DNA of 64,000 nucleotides from an uncultured Candidatus Binatia bacterium (GCA_965221155.1 OZ244869.1:2584772-2648771); one strand, 5' to 3'. Counted from the stretch's first letter, positions 54,340 to 64,000 are shown. Program-made: numbers and translations. Notes: generated by a model from the sequence alone, not told the origin.

Positions 54340-55263
54340 CTAGAACGCCACCCGCCCCTCCGCCCACGCCCGAATCAGGTGGTGGGCGATGGCCACCGGG
54401 TCCGGGACGCGCAGGTTCGGGTTTCCCCCGGCCAAGGCGGACACCACCTCGTCCCGGGTGAACCATTGCACGTCGGTCATCTCCTCGTCGTCCTTGGCGA
54501 TGTCGGTGGTGAGGGCCTTGCCGTGGCAGCCGATCATCAAGGACGAGGGGAAGGGCCAGGGTTGGGAGGAGTGATAGCGCACCTCGCCTACCTGTATTCC
54601 GGCTTCCTCCTTCACCTCCCGCCGGACGGCTTCCTCAATGCACTCGGCCTGGTCGATGAAGCCGGCCAGGGCGGAGTAGCGTCCGGATCGGGCCAGCCGT
54701 CCGCGGGACTGGCCCAGCAAGGCGCGCTCGCCGTCGGTGATGACCATGATGGCCACCGGGTCGGTGCGGGGAAAGTGCTCGGTATTGCAGGCGGTGCACT
54801 TCCGCACCTGGCCGCCGCGCCCCTGCTCGGTGGGGCCGCCGCACAGGCCGCAGAACCGGTGCCGGCGGTGCCAATCCACCTGGGCCTTGCTCTGGGCCAG
54901 GATGCCCACGTCCTGGGGCGTTAGCTGCGCGGCCGCGGCCCGGGCCTCGACGAAGCTCCAGGGCTCTTCCAGGTTCAGCTCCTGGAGCGGCTCGGAGAGC
55001 GCGGAGACGTCCACCGCGAAGTGGGCGGCGCCGTCCATGAGGCCGAGAAAGACCGGCGGGCCGTCGAGGCCCAGCCTTTCGATGTCCGCGGGCTCCACCC
55101 ATCCAAGCTCAGCGTTGGAGCCGTTCCGCAACAGGAGGTCGAGCTGCCACAGCGGCAGGAAGCGGGAACGGGGGTCCCGGGCCGCCCGCGTGAGCCAGTC
55201 TTCATCCCGGCGCTGCACGTCGCCCCGGTCCAGGGGATTGCCGGAAAAAACGTGTGTCGTCAT
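54340..55263 (-). CDS. nudC: NAD+ diphosphatase NudC (Nudix hydrolase with zinc ribbon)
   Basis: Start at ATG 55263. Zinc ribbon 'CGLCGG...CTAC'. Nudix box 'GFIDQAECIEEAVRREVKEEAGI'. C-terminal 'QWF' motif. Confidence 0.85.
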   Translation of the reverse strand: MTTHVFSGNPLDRGDVQRRDEDWLTRAARDPRSRFLPLWQLDLLLRNGSNAELGWVEPADIERLGLDGPPVFLGLMDGAAHFAVDVSALSEPLQELNLEEPWSFVEARAAAAQLTPQDVGILAQSKAQVDWHRRHRFCGLCGGPTEQGRGGQVRKCTACNTEHFPRTDPVAIMVITDGERALLGQSRGRLARSGRYSALAGFIDQAECIEEAVRREVKEEAGIQVGEVRYHSSQPWPFPSSLMIGCHGKALTTDIAKDDEEMTDVQWFTRDEVVSALAGGNPNLRVPDPVAIAHHLIRAWAEGRVAF

Positions 55264-55325
55264 GCTCGAATCTCCAGTGTCCTGCAACATCCAAATCGGG
55301 TTTTGCATGTTGCGGGACACCTCAT

Positions 55326-57563
55326 CTATACGAGTCCCCAGGTCCGCCGCAACCACCATTCCGCCGCCAGCAGCAGGACCGCGAGGGTAAACAGGAGCGG
55401 CTCGTTCCAAAGCGCCACCCGGCTTCTCGCCACGATGCTCGACGGCGCGGCCCGCTCCATCCTCTGTTCAAACTCCGACCAGTGGGCGTCCGTCAGGGCG
55501 CCATGGGTGGCGAACATGCCTTGGCTGCGCCCGGCGACGGCTTCCAGCAGCTCCGGTCTCGGCCGCCCGTCATCGTTCTCCTCCGACGGTAGCGCCACGA
55601 GGAAGTTGGCGGCGGCGTTGCCCAGGGGTTTGCCGGCCGACGCTGCCCGAACCTCGATGCGGTGGGATCCTTCGAGACGCGGCGTGAACTCGGACCGATA
55701 CTCGCCGGACTGCTCGGTGACCGCGGCCTCCAGCGGCGACTGCTCACCCTCCGGTCCGGTGACCACCACCTGGAGGGTTGGGTCCCTGGCCGGGGCATGG
55801 TCGTCCTGCAACACCCGGATGTGGAACTCCAGCTTCTCGCCGGGCCGGCGGGAGCCCCCCACCGCCAGGATCTGCACCTGGTCGAAGGCGGGTTCCCGTG
55901 CCAGCCAGCGTACGCCGTTCCGAATCAGCTTCAGATGAATCTGGGGGTTCTGGTTACGGCCCACCGCGTCGAAGTTCCAGCGCCAGAGGTCGTCGCTGGT
56001 GAACGCCAGCGTTCGTCCCTGACCGTACCTGCCCACCGACAGCAGGGGCGCCTCGCGCCCGCGGACCTGGGCCGAAAGCAGCACCTCGCCGCTGGCTCGC
56101 GCCACCTCGTTGAGGGTGGTCAGCGGCGGCAACGCACGCCAGGCTTCCTCGTTGGCAACGGGGTCGGCGAAGACCCGCGTCAGGGGGTGGGCCTTGCCCG
56201 CGGGCGTCAGGGCGGCGCGCGCGGCGATGCCGGTCTGGAAGACCCCGCGGCCGTCGAGCTTCACCGGCAGCACCGGGGTCAGCGCCGTCTCATGGTATCC
56301 GCCCGGATCGAAGGCGCGGGCGCCGCCGAACATGGCGATGCCGCCGCCGTCACGTACGAAGTCCCGCATGTTCTCGAAGTAGATCGGGTTGAAGTAGGTG
56401 CGGTGCGAGAAGTCGTCAAGAATCAGCACGTCGAAGTTCTTGAGCTCCTCGACGAAGATCTCGTCGATGGGGAAGGGAATCAGGCTCAACTCGTTCTCGT
56501 GCACGTCCACCACGTCGCTGGGGGTGCGCAGGAAGACGAACGAGACCAGCTCCAGAAACGGGTCCTGCTTGAGCGCGAACCGGAGGAACCGGTAGTTCCA
56601 CGAGGGCGACCCCGATAGGGTCAGCACCCGGATCTTGTCCCGGCGCACCTGCATCCGGAACGCCTTCCGGTTGTTTCCGGCAATGCTCTCGCCCCCCTGC
56701 TCGGGCAGCGTCACGGTGAAGCCGTGGGCGCCCAGCTCCCGCGGCGTGTAGTTGAGGGTCACGCGGTTCTCGTAGGCGTCGCGGTCGATGGTGATGGGAT
56801 GGGTGGAGATGAGGTTCCGGCCGAGGTTGAAGTAGAGCGGCACCTCGACGCCGGCCATGCCGTACGCCTGAATGGTGAAGTCGATGGCGATGGCACGTCC
56901 GCGAAAGGCCAGCTCCGGCGCCCGGAGGCCGGCGATGCGCAGGTCCTTGAAGCCTTCGGCCTGCCCCACCGCGATGGCGAATACCGGCGTCGGGTGGCCG
57001 GAGAACTTGTCCAGCGCACCGGCGGGGTTGACGATGCCGTCGGACAGGACGATGACGCCGGCCGCGTCCGGCTCGTTTTCGGTCACCTGCTCCAAGGCGC
57101 GGAAAAGCCGGCTGGCATCGCCCTCCGGGGCCGCGTCCGCGAGCGCATCCAGCTCACGGGGGGTGGTTTCGCGGCCGAAGGCGTAGAGCTTGAGGTCGTA
57201 TTTCCCCGCCAGTCCCTGGGTCAGTCCCGTGGCCGCGAGCACCGCCTTGGCGGCATCCAGCCGGCTGGCGTCGCCGCGGCCGGAGGACAGCCCCATGCTC
57301 TCGGACGTGTCCAGCAGCACCACCAGCGGGCGGCGGAGCGACGTGGGTTCCTCCACCGTACGCGCCGGACCCAGGAGAAACAGCAGCAGCAGGGCGTAGA
57401 CCACGGCCCGCAGCAGTGTCAGCAGCGACGCCTTGCGGGCCCCCAGGCTCCTGTGCAGGAACCGGAACTGATGCACCAGGAAACCCGCCGCGGCCAGCGC
57501 CAGCACGGCCGCCAGCCACCACGGAACCCCGCCGCCCAGAACGATGTCCGATAACCCTGCCAT
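55326..57563 (-). CDS. large membrane-anchored VWA-domain protein (BatB-like / glutamine-amidotransferase-like C-terminal region)
   Basis: N-terminal TM helices. MIDAS-type VWA 'LVVLLDTSESMG'. ~450-aa C-terminal region. Terminal TM helix. Last gene of the DUF58-VWA-DUF4159-VWA operon. Confidence 0.5.
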   Translation of the reverse strand: MAGLSDIVLGGGVPWWLAAVLALAAAGFLVHQFRFLHRSLGARKASLLTLLRAVVYALLLLFLLGPARTVEEPTSLRRPLVVLLDTSESMGLSSGRGDASRLDAAKAVLAATGLTQGLAGKYDLKLYAFGRETTPRELDALADAAPEGDASRLFRALEQVTENEPDAAGVIVLSDGIVNPAGALDKFSGHPTPVFAIAVGQAEGFKDLRIAGLRAPELAFRGRAIAIDFTIQAYGMAGVEVPLYFNLGRNLISTHPITIDRDAYENRVTLNYTPRELGAHGFTVTLPEQGGESIAGNNRKAFRMQVRRDKIRVLTLSGSPSWNYRFLRFALKQDPFLELVSFVFLRTPSDVVDVHENELSLIPFPIDEIFVEELKNFDVLILDDFSHRTYFNPIYFENMRDFVRDGGGIAMFGGARAFDPGGYHETALTPVLPVKLDGRGVFQTGIAARAALTPAGKAHPLTRVFADPVANEEAWRALPPLTTLNEVARASGEVLLSAQVRGREAPLLSVGRYGQGRTLAFTSDDLWRWNFDAVGRNQNPQIHLKLIRNGVRWLAREPAFDQVQILAVGGSRRPGEKLEFHIRVLQDDHAPARDPTLQVVVTGPEGEQSPLEAAVTEQSGEYRSEFTPRLEGSHRIEVRAASAGKPLGNAAANFLVALPSEENDDGRPRPELLEAVAGRSQGMFATHGALTDAHWSEFEQRMERAAPSSIVARSRVALWNEPLLFTLAVLLLAAEWWLRRTWGLV

Positions 57564-57569
57564 TTTCTT

Positions 57570-58337
57570 CTACTGCGTGAGCCGCCGGCGGATGAACGGC
57601 ACGTGGATCAGATCCTGCTTGTAGTTGCCGGTCATGGCGTAGAGGATCAGGTTGACGCCGAGGTGGAAGGCGTCGCGCCGCTGCTCTTCGCCGTTGGGAA
57701 TACACGGGTGGCTCCAGCGACCGAGCCCGTCCCGTTCCCAGGCACCCGCCAGATCGTTATGGCAATACACCACCGGCGTGGTCTCGCCGAGCTGGATGCC
57801 CTCGAGGTAGGAGCTGGTGTCCACGCGGCCGCCCACCCGGCGGAGCAGGTAGTAGCTCCGCAGCAGCGCGTGGGTCAGGGGGATCTTCCGCATCTCCCGG
57901 CCGGGGAGCACCCGCCTCATCTCCGCGCGGAAACGCCGGTCGAAGCCGTATCCCAGTTGCCCCAGGGTATTGTCGGCCAGCAGGAACCCGCCGAAAGAGA
58001 GGAACCGCCTCAAGTTCGAGATTTCATCCTCGGAGAACGGCTGAAAATCGTACTTGCCGGCCATGTAAAGAAACGGGAACGAGAACAGCTCGGGGTCCGT
58101 CAGCCCCACCACCCGGCGTTCCGGGGCCGCCACCACGCTGGTGCGGCGCATCAGCTCCTCCATCAACGGGGTCGCGGCCCGGGGCCGCGGGTCCCAGTCG
58201 CCGCCGCGGTAGCGCACCTGCGCGAAGACGAACTGGATCCGCTGCGCGGGTTCCGCCGCTGGCAGCGCCGCGGGCAGCCCCCAGGCGGCGGTGGCGGCGG
58301 TTCCCACGAGACCTTGCAGGAACCTTCGCCTATTCAT
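57570..58337 (-). CDS. DUF4159-like protein with Tat signal
   Basis: 'MNRRRFLQGLVGTAATAAWG' twin-arginine signal. 255 aa. 8-nt overlap with upstream VWA gene. Confidence 0.45.
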   Translation of the reverse strand: MNRRRFLQGLVGTAATAAWGLPAALPAAEPAQRIQFVFAQVRYRGGDWDPRPRAATPLMEELMRRTSVVAAPERRVVGLTDPELFSFPFLYMAGKYDFQPFSEDEISNLRRFLSFGGFLLADNTLGQLGYGFDRRFRAEMRRVLPGREMRKIPLTHALLRSYYLLRRVGGRVDTSSYLEGIQLGETTPVVYCHNDLAGAWERDGLGRWSHPCIPNGEEQRRDAFHLGVNLILYAMTGNYKQDLIHVPFIRRRLTQ

Positions 58338-60384
58338 AGTTTCGTTGCCCCAGCCAGCTCTCGAACAGCAGCGTCAGGATCAACACCACCACCAGCGCCA
58401 GCGCGAGATCGGTTCGCGTCCCGCCGCCGGCCAGCGCGCCGGCGGACAGCACCTCATGGTTCACGGGCCCGAGTTTTTGTTGCAACTCGTCCGCGGTCAT
58501 GCGCTCCAGGCGCGATTCCGCGGGCGGAGGATTCACCGCGTACAGGGCGGGCAGTTCCAGGTCTCCGCCGGGAGATACGACCCGGTAAACCCCCGCGAAG
58601 TGATTGCCGTCAAAGGTCCCGGAAGCCTTGCCGTCGACGGGCGCCAGCGTGACCTCTCTCTCCGTCAGGTTCGGATCCACCACCCTGACTCGCTTGCCCG
58701 CGTGGGCCGCGGCGGCAGACCACCGTTTCGCCGTGCCCGCCGTGATGCCGGCGTCCATGGAGCCGGTGTCGCCGCCGGCGATGTGGGTCACCAGGGACTG
58801 AACCAGCGGCACGTAGCCGGTCTTCAGCGGCAGGTTGTTCCAGGCACTGTCCGCGGTGGAGGTGAGCAGGAGAACGCGGCCCTTGCCGAGCTTCTTCTCC
58901 ACCAGCAGCGGGGCGCCGTTGCTCAGCCGCATCAAGGTGCGCCCGCCGGTGGGCGTCACCTCGAAATAGGACGATACCCGTGCCGACCGTAACGAGTCCA
59001 GCAGGCGCTGGTCACCGAAGGGCTCCAGGGCGGGGTGCGTGAGATCCACCTCGCCCACGGTGACGTTCCGGTCCAGGGGCACCCGCTGCCGTTGCCCGAG
59101 AGGGCCAGGAAGGAGGGGAGAGGCGCCGCGCCACAGCGTGCGGTTGTAGTCTTCCGCGATGATGCGGTCTCCCAGGGACAGCAGCAGGCCGCCGCCTCTC
59201 TCGACGAACGCCGCGAGCCTGGCAACCAGGGCCGGCGGCAGGGTAGTGACATTGGCCAGCACCATGACCTGATAGCCTTCCGGGTCCACCCGGCCCACCG
59301 CGCCGGGCAGGATGACCTGCGGCAGCAGCACCGAGCTCGCGACGTCGCCGGTGGGGTTCAGTGCCCGGCTCAGGAAGAACGTCTCGCTGGCCACCAGCGA
59401 CCTTTGGGGGTCTCCGTCCACCAGCAGGATGTTCAACCGGTCCCGGGTGTGAAGGGTGAAGTGGTGCCGGCGGTTGCCGGCGAATCCGTCGCCGTGGAGC
59501 GAAACGTAACCGGTATGGCTCCCCGGCCGATCCAGACTGAACCGGAAATCGACCGTCAACTCCGAATCGGCCGGCAGGGTCACTTGCTTCTCATCCCGCA
59601 CCTTGCCGTCGAGGGTGAGGCGGGCGGCCACGTCCGGGATGGCAATGGCCGTGAAGTTCACCAGCTTCGCCGCGATCCCGAGGTCCAGTCCCGGAGCGAC
59701 ATGGGAGGTGCGGGGCTCAAGGCTCTTGATGGTGGCGCTGGGGGAGGTTTCGGACGAGCCCACGGTGACGATCTTGACGGGGACGGTGGGATCGTACTCG
59801 CCCACGGCCGGGAGCGAAAGGCGGTCCCAACCCGGCAATCCCAGGTCGGTGACCACCCATATCGCCTTCTGCCCGCCGGCGTGCCGCAGCAGTCCGTAGC
59901 CGGTGCGAAGCGCGCCCGTGAGGTCGGCGCTGCCGGCAGTGACTACCAGGGGCGCCAGATCCTTGAGGGCGGCCTCCCGGGGATCCTTGAAACGCGGCTC
60001 CCCGCGGCCGGCCGGATTGGTGGCGATGAGGGCCGCCCGGTCGCTATCTTCCAACGCCTCCAGGATAAGGGCCGCGGCCTGCTTGGCTTCCTTGAACGGC
60101 GCACCGTCGTCGCGCACCTGCATGCTGAGCGAATTGTCCACGATGATGGCAGTGGAAAGCGGCGCCCCCCGGGCCGAGAGCCCTACTCCGGTCTCCCGCA
60201 ACGGATGAGCCATGAGCAACACGAGAAAGATGATCGCCAAGGTCCGGACCGCCAAAAGAAGCCAGTTTCGCAGGTTGTAGGTGCGAGCCACGCGCCGTTG
60301 CGAGATGAGCACGAAACGCACCGCGGGGAAGCGCAGGCGTTTCTGCTGCCGCCGGTTCAGCAGGTGGATCACCAGCGGTATCAC
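58330..60384 (-). CDS. BatA-like VWA-domain membrane protein (aerotolerance-operon type)
   Basis: N-terminal BatA_N-like 'MIPLVIHLLNRRQQKRLRFPAVRF' with 2 TM. VWA 'AIIVDNSLSMQ'. C-terminal TM. Confidence 0.7.
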   Translation of the reverse strand: MIPLVIHLLNRRQQKRLRFPAVRFVLISQRRVARTYNLRNWLLLAVRTLAIIFLVLLMAHPLRETGVGLSARGAPLSTAIIVDNSLSMQVRDDGAPFKEAKQAAALILEALEDSDRAALIATNPAGRGEPRFKDPREAALKDLAPLVVTAGSADLTGALRTGYGLLRHAGGQKAIWVVTDLGLPGWDRLSLPAVGEYDPTVPVKIVTVGSSETSPSATIKSLEPRTSHVAPGLDLGIAAKLVNFTAIAIPDVAARLTLDGKVRDEKQVTLPADSELTVDFRFSLDRPGSHTGYVSLHGDGFAGNRRHHFTLHTRDRLNILLVDGDPQRSLVASETFFLSRALNPTGDVASSVLLPQVILPGAVGRVDPEGYQVMVLANVTTLPPALVARLAAFVERGGGLLLSLGDRIIAEDYNRTLWRGASPLLPGPLGQRQRVPLDRNVTVGEVDLTHPALEPFGDQRLLDSLRSARVSSYFEVTPTGGRTLMRLSNGAPLLVEKKLGKGRVLLLTSTADSAWNNLPLKTGYVPLVQSLVTHIAGGDTGSMDAGITAGTAKRWSAAAAHAGKRVRVVDPNLTEREVTLAPVDGKASGTFDGNHFAGVYRVVSPGGDLELPALYAVNPPPAESRLERMTADELQQKLGPVNHEVLSAGALAGGGTRTDLALALVVVLILTLLFESWLGQRNYE

Positions 60385-60431
60385 CGCGGTGATCAGGGCT
60401 GCGAGGTACAGGGGATAGAGGAATCCCAGGG

Positions 60432-61322
60432 CTACTTCCTCCAGCTCAAGTAGCTGACCAGGGCCTGGTCCAGCGGCGTGGCCGTGGAGACCAGTTGATA
60501 GTCGATGGCGTACTCATGACAGCCCGACCTGAGGGTATCGATGTGGTCGGTCACCACCCGTCGATACTCGGCCTGGATGGCCTTGGGGTCCGCCGTGACC
60601 CGGAGGCCCGGGTCTTCGATGTCCTCGAACCGGGTGTTGCCGGAGAAGGGGAGGGTGAGCTCCGCCTCGTCCATCAGGTGGAAGACCAGCACGTCGTTGC
60701 CCTTGTAGCGGAACATGCGCAGCCCCTGAAGCACCGACTCGGCGTCGTCCAGCAGGTCCGAAACCAGCACCACCAGGCCCCGCCGCCGGATGCCGCCGGC
60801 CACCTCCCGCAGGATCTTGCCCACGTCGGTGTCGCCCCGGGTGGTCTCGGATTCGAGGCGCTGCAGCAGCTCCACCATGTAGCCGCGGGTCGCCCTGGGC
60901 GGCAGTTGCGAATCGATGCGGTCCGAGAAGGTGGTCAGGCCCGCGGCGTCCTGCTGCCTGAGGATGAGGTAGGCCAGCGACGCCACCAGGATGCAGCCGT
61001 AGTGGAACTTGGTGACGTCGCCCGACGCGTAGTCCATGGAGCCGCTGACGTCCAGCAGCAGGTGGGTCTTGAGGTTGCTCTCGTCCTCGAATTCCTTGAT
61101 GAAGTAGCGGTCCAGCTTGCCGAGAGCTTTCCAGTCGATGCGGCGGATCTCGTCGCCGGGGGAGTATTCGCGGTGCTGCTCGAACTCCACGCTGAAGCCC
61201 TTGGCGCGGCTCCGGTGGAGGCCCGCCATGACCCCTTCCACGACCCAACGCGCCTTCAGGTGCAGGTTCGAGAGCCTAGCCAGCACCACCGGGTCGAAGT
61301 AGCTTTGTTCAGGGGTCGCCAT
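60432..61322 (-). CDS. DUF58 domain protein (MoxR-associated VWA-like)
   Basis: 'EFEQHREYSPGDEIRRIDWKALGKLDRYFIKEFE' DUF58 signature region. 'LLLDVSGSMDY'. 296 aa. No MoxR AAA+ gene adjacent. Confidence 0.75.
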   Translation of the reverse strand: MATPEQSYFDPVVLARLSNLHLKARWVVEGVMAGLHRSRAKGFSVEFEQHREYSPGDEIRRIDWKALGKLDRYFIKEFEDESNLKTHLLLDVSGSMDYASGDVTKFHYGCILVASLAYLILRQQDAAGLTTFSDRIDSQLPPRATRGYMVELLQRLESETTRGDTDVGKILREVAGGIRRRGLVVLVSDLLDDAESVLQGLRMFRYKGNDVLVFHLMDEAELTLPFSGNTRFEDIEDPGLRVTADPKAIQAEYRRVVTDHIDTLRSGCHEYAIDYQLVSTATPLDQALVSYLSWRK

Positions 61323-61422
61323 GAGCGCCGAAGCGGTAATGGAATACGGCGTCAGTTAACCACCTTATCAGGGTGAACTCAAGGCGGCCGATGAGGCCGA
61401 TGACCCACGTTTTTGTTCCACG

Positions 61423-61500
61423 TAGGTCGGGTTAGCCGAAGGCGTAACCCGACACCGCACTGCGGCCCTGTGTCGGATTACGCGTCGCTAATCCGACCTA
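61423..61500. repeat. REP family B inverted pair
   Basis: GTAGGTCGGGTTAGCCGAAGGCGTAACCCGAC ... GTCGGATTACGCGTCGCTAATCCGACCTA. Confidence 0.85.
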
Positions 61501-61597
61501 TCCGGGACCGGAACGTAGCGTGAAATGATCCTGGCACTTCTCTCTTGCCGGTGTCCTGCTTCGGGATCCGTATGCTAAGATGCGCGGCAGTGTCCAC

Positions 61598-61677
61598 GTA
61601 GGTCGGGTTAGCCGAAGGCGTAACCCGACACCACACCGCGGCCCGGTGTCGGATTACGCTTCGCTAATCCGACCTAC
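61598..61677. repeat. REP family B inverted pair (second, ~100 bp downstream of the first)
   Basis: Near-identical to 61423-61500. Confidence 0.85.
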
Positions 61678-61740
61678 GGGGACTTGGGGAAGGGACGAGG
61701 GCACGGCATCGAGGCATGGGCACACGGGGCGTATCAATTC

Positions 61741-62952
61741 GTGAAACCAAACAGCAGACTTCGCGCCATCGGCAGGGATCGATTGGTGCTGTTGGGCTAT
61801 ATCACCGGCGGGCATTTCGCCGTGCACTGGTTCGGCCAGCTCTTTCCCATGATCCTGCCACCCGTGAAGGTGGCGTTGCATCTCAGCCACGTCCAGGTGG
61901 GGTTTCTGAGCACCATGCGGGAGCTTACCACCGGGCTCATGAACCTGCCCGCGGGGTTTCTGGGAGACCGCTTGGCGCGTCATCGACCCGCGATCCTGTC
62001 CTCGGCCCTGCTTGCCTTCGGGGTAGCATACCTCACCTTCGGACTGGCCCCCGGCTACCTGTACGCGCTGGCCGCGGCGGGGCTGGTGGGAGTCGGCATT
62101 GCGCTCTGGCATCCCACGGCCATGGCGTCGCTGTCCGCCCGCTTCCCGGAGCACCGCGCCACGGCATTCGCCATCCATGGCATGGGCGCGACCGTGAGCG
62201 ACACGCTCACGCCGCTGGTGGTGGGGATCCTGTTCGGCCTGTATCCCTGGCGCCAACTCATGGCATTGCAGCTTCTCCTCGCGGTGCTCTTGGGCATCCC
62301 TCTGTGGCGGGGATTGCGGGGCATCTTCGGCGGGCCGGCACCAGCCACCGGGGCCGCCGGCGCACAGTCGTCGGGCCTGGGAGAGTTCCTGCGAAATCCC
62401 AACTTCCTCGGCATGGCACTGGCCAACGGCTTCATGAACACCGGGCGCGTCCTGGTCATCACCTTTTTCCCGATCTACGTGCAGGAGACCCTGGGCTACG
62501 ACTCCACGGGACTGGGCTACTACTACATGCTGCTTCACGTGATGGGCACGGTGTCGCAGCCGATCCTCGGTTACCTGTCCGACCGTCTGGGCCGGAAGGG
62601 GGTGCTGTTGCCGGCGTTCGTGGCGCTGGGCGTGCTCTACACCCTGATCCCGCTGGTGCGGCCGGGAATTCCCCTGGGAGTGGTGGTGACCCTCATCAGC
62701 CTGTTCTTCTACACCCTGACCAACATCACCGCCGCCGCCATCGTGGACGTGGCCGGCTCGCGCATCCAGGCCACCTCGCTGGGCATCACGTTCCTGTCCA
62801 ACAGCCTGTTCACGCTGCCCGGCCCGGTCATCGCCGGATACTTGATCGGGCTCTACGGCATGGGCTCGGTGTTCTACTTGTCCGGGGGTGCGCTGCTGGC
62901 GGCCGCGGTCGTGATCATCCCGTTGCGGCTCTACCGGGGCTCGGGACGGTGA
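61741..62952 (+). CDS. MFS transporter
   Basis: 12 predicted TM helices. MFS motif region 'GFLGDRLARHRP'. Start tentatively GTG 61741, because the longer ORF begins inside the REP-B element. Confidence 0.75.
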   Translation: MKPNSRLRAIGRDRLVLLGYITGGHFAVHWFGQLFPMILPPVKVALHLSHVQVGFLSTMRELTTGLMNLPAGFLGDRLARHRPAILSSALLAFGVAYLTFGLAPGYLYALAAAGLVGVGIALWHPTAMASLSARFPEHRATAFAIHGMGATVSDTLTPLVVGILFGLYPWRQLMALQLLLAVLLGIPLWRGLRGIFGGPAPATGAAGAQSSGLGEFLRNPNFLGMALANGFMNTGRVLVITFFPIYVQETLGYDSTGLGYYYMLLHVMGTVSQPILGYLSDRLGRKGVLLPAFVALGVLYTLIPLVRPGIPLGVVVTLISLFFYTLTNITAAAIVDVAGSRIQATSLGITFLSNSLFTLPGPVIAGYLIGLYGMGSVFYLSGGALLAAAVVIIPLRLYRGSGR

Positions 62953-63037
62953 GAGTGGCCGCTCCCGTCATCACCATGGAAGTAGTCCGCGAATTCCGGC
63001 ATCGCGTCGGTGGGGAAATGGCACGGAGCCTCGGAAA

Positions 63038-63360
63038 TCGTCATTCCCGCGAAACAGGGTGTGTCAAAACTCCATCCGGGAGAGGCAACGCCGCCCGAAA
63101 ACGTCATTCCCGCGAAAGCGGCTGTGTCAAAAGGCCAACTTCGGGGTACGGAAGGCCAATCCGTCATTCCCGCGAAAGCGGGAATCCAGGGGTGGAGGAG
63201 GGGTGCGGCGGCATGCTGCCTCGCCCCCGCCCCACCTGGATTCCCGCTTTCGCGGGAATGACGGAGGGGGCGCGGGAATGACGGATTTGAGGCGTCAGCG
63301 CCCCAGTCGTACCCAAGGATGGCGTTTTCACGCGGCCTGTTTCGCGGGAACGACGGATTC
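63038..63360. repeat. array of family E palindromic repeats (GTCATTCCCGCGAAAGCGGGAATCC cores) in direct and inverted orientation
   Basis: At least three direct ~60-bp units (63038, 63099, 63161) followed by inverted partial units (63238-63284, 63340-63360). Homologous to 21309-21400. Confidence 0.75.
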
Positions 63361-63408
63361 GGGGAGTCGGCCGTTGTTCGAAACGGATGACGGGGTGCGG
63401 AGCGGATC

Positions 63409-64000
63409 ATGATCTGCTGGTCGCCTGCCACGGGAGACATGACGCTGCCGCGCGAGGCGGTGCATGTGTGGCGTGCCGGTACGGAGGTGCCGGCGTCGCG
63501 GCTGGCGCCCCTGTACGATCTCCTGGCGCCCGACGAACGGGCCCGGGCGGATCGGTTCCACTTCGAGGAAGACCGGCGGCGGTTCGTGGTGTCCCGTGGC
63601 GTGCTGCGAACGATCCTGGGGCGCTACCTGGCGGTGGAGCCTGCTGCCATCGCGTTCCGTTACGGCGTCCACGGCAAGCCGTCACTTGCGGGAACCGGGG
63701 ATCCGCGCGGAGTGCGCTTCAATTTGTCCCATTCGCACGGCCTGGTTTTGTACGCCTTCGCGTTCGACCGGAAGGTGGGCGTCGACGTCGAGTATATGCG
63801 CCCGAACGTCGACATCGCGGGGCTGGCCGGGCGCTCCTTCTCGCCCGCCGAGGCGCGCGCCCTCGCGGCTCTCCCGGCCACGCAGCAGCGGGAAGCGTTC
63901 TTCGACTGCTGGACCCGGAAGGAGGCGTACGTAAAGGCGCGAGGTGAAGGGATCTCCCTGGGCCTGGACCGCTTCGATGTGACGCTGGGACCCGGGCAGC
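63409..64000 (+). CDS. 4'-phosphopantetheinyl transferase (Sfp-type), 3'-truncated by window end
   Basis: Translation from ATG 63409 gives 'FNLSHSHGLVLYAFAF...GVDVE' and 'WTRKEAYVKARGEG' (PPTase motifs 2 and 3). No stop before position 64000, so it is absent from the ORF track, which lists two wrong-frame ORFs here. Confidence 0.75.
   Translation, partial: MICWSPATGDMTLPREAVHVWRAGTEVPASRLAPLYDLLAPDERARADRFHFEEDRRRFVVSRGVLRTILGRYLAVEPAAIAFRYGVHGKPSLAGTGDPRGVRFNLSHSHGLVLYAFAFDRKVGVDVEYMRPNVDIAGLAGRSFSPAEARALAALPATQQREAFFDCWTRKEAYVKARGEGISLGLDRFDVTLGPGQ

Noticed and set aside
63038-63360. Tandem direct repeats considered as a possible CRISPR array
   Set aside because: Units are themselves palindromic and irregular in length and orientation (direct plus inverted copies), with no uniform-length unique spacers and no cas genes. 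Consistent with REP/BIME-like arrays instead.
63387-63947. Two ORF-track ORFs (63387-63947 and 63464-63934) over the 3' end of the window
   Set aside because: Both are in the wrong frames. The third + frame from ATG 63409 gives clear PPTase motifs and simply has no stop before the window ends.
1-64000. Search for tRNA, rRNA or tmRNA genes and integrase or transposase genes
   Set aside because: None recognised by eye: no cloverleaf-like conserved GTTC...GAAC T-arm contexts at island borders, and no DDE or tyrosine-recombinase ORFs. The low-GC TAC island therefore has no identifiable mobility gene within the window.

Overview
GC-rich bacterial chromosomal segment (roughly two-thirds G+C by eye), gene-dense, with about 60 protein-coding genes and no rRNA or tRNA genes. 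I found no CRISPR array.

Gene content is dominated by catabolic and redox paralogs:
- four luciferase-like monooxygenases (LLM)
- three PhtD/NMT1-like proteins
- three or four amidohydrolase-superfamily hydrolases
- cupins, VOC proteins and a gentisate 1,2-dioxygenase

It also carries a TRAP dctPQM transporter, a Bug/TctC binding protein, a soxYZ-fccAB sulfur-oxidation operon with a YeeE/YedE transporter, and a MoxR-less DUF58/VWA 'Bat-like' cluster. This gene mix resembles uncultured marine Chloroflexi (SAR202-like) genomes. That taxonomic guess is low-confidence inference only.

Most noteworthy items:
1. A putative RiPP-like module at 5.5-9.4 kb: a DUF692/MNIO enzyme, a DUF2063-like partner and a C39-like-peptidase/ABC exporter, translationally coupled, with no recognisable co-directional precursor peptide.
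2. A low-GC island at 16.4-17.7 kb carrying a tripartite toxin-antitoxin-chaperone system (HigB-like / HigA-like with C-terminal extension / SecB-like).
3. A GrdB/PrdB-like gene at 40310-41104 with an in-frame TGA followed by a hairpin and a U-x-x-C motif, which is a selenoprotein candidate.
4. An unusually dense set of at least four palindromic REP/MITE repeat families filling most intergenic gaps. Two families begin with the GTAG tetranucleotide typical of RAYT-mobilised REPs.
5. A conserved roughly 33-nt leader motif shared by two sulfur-related genes.
6. Additional TA loci: two vapBC pairs plus a decayed vapB copy, and a RES-Xre pair.
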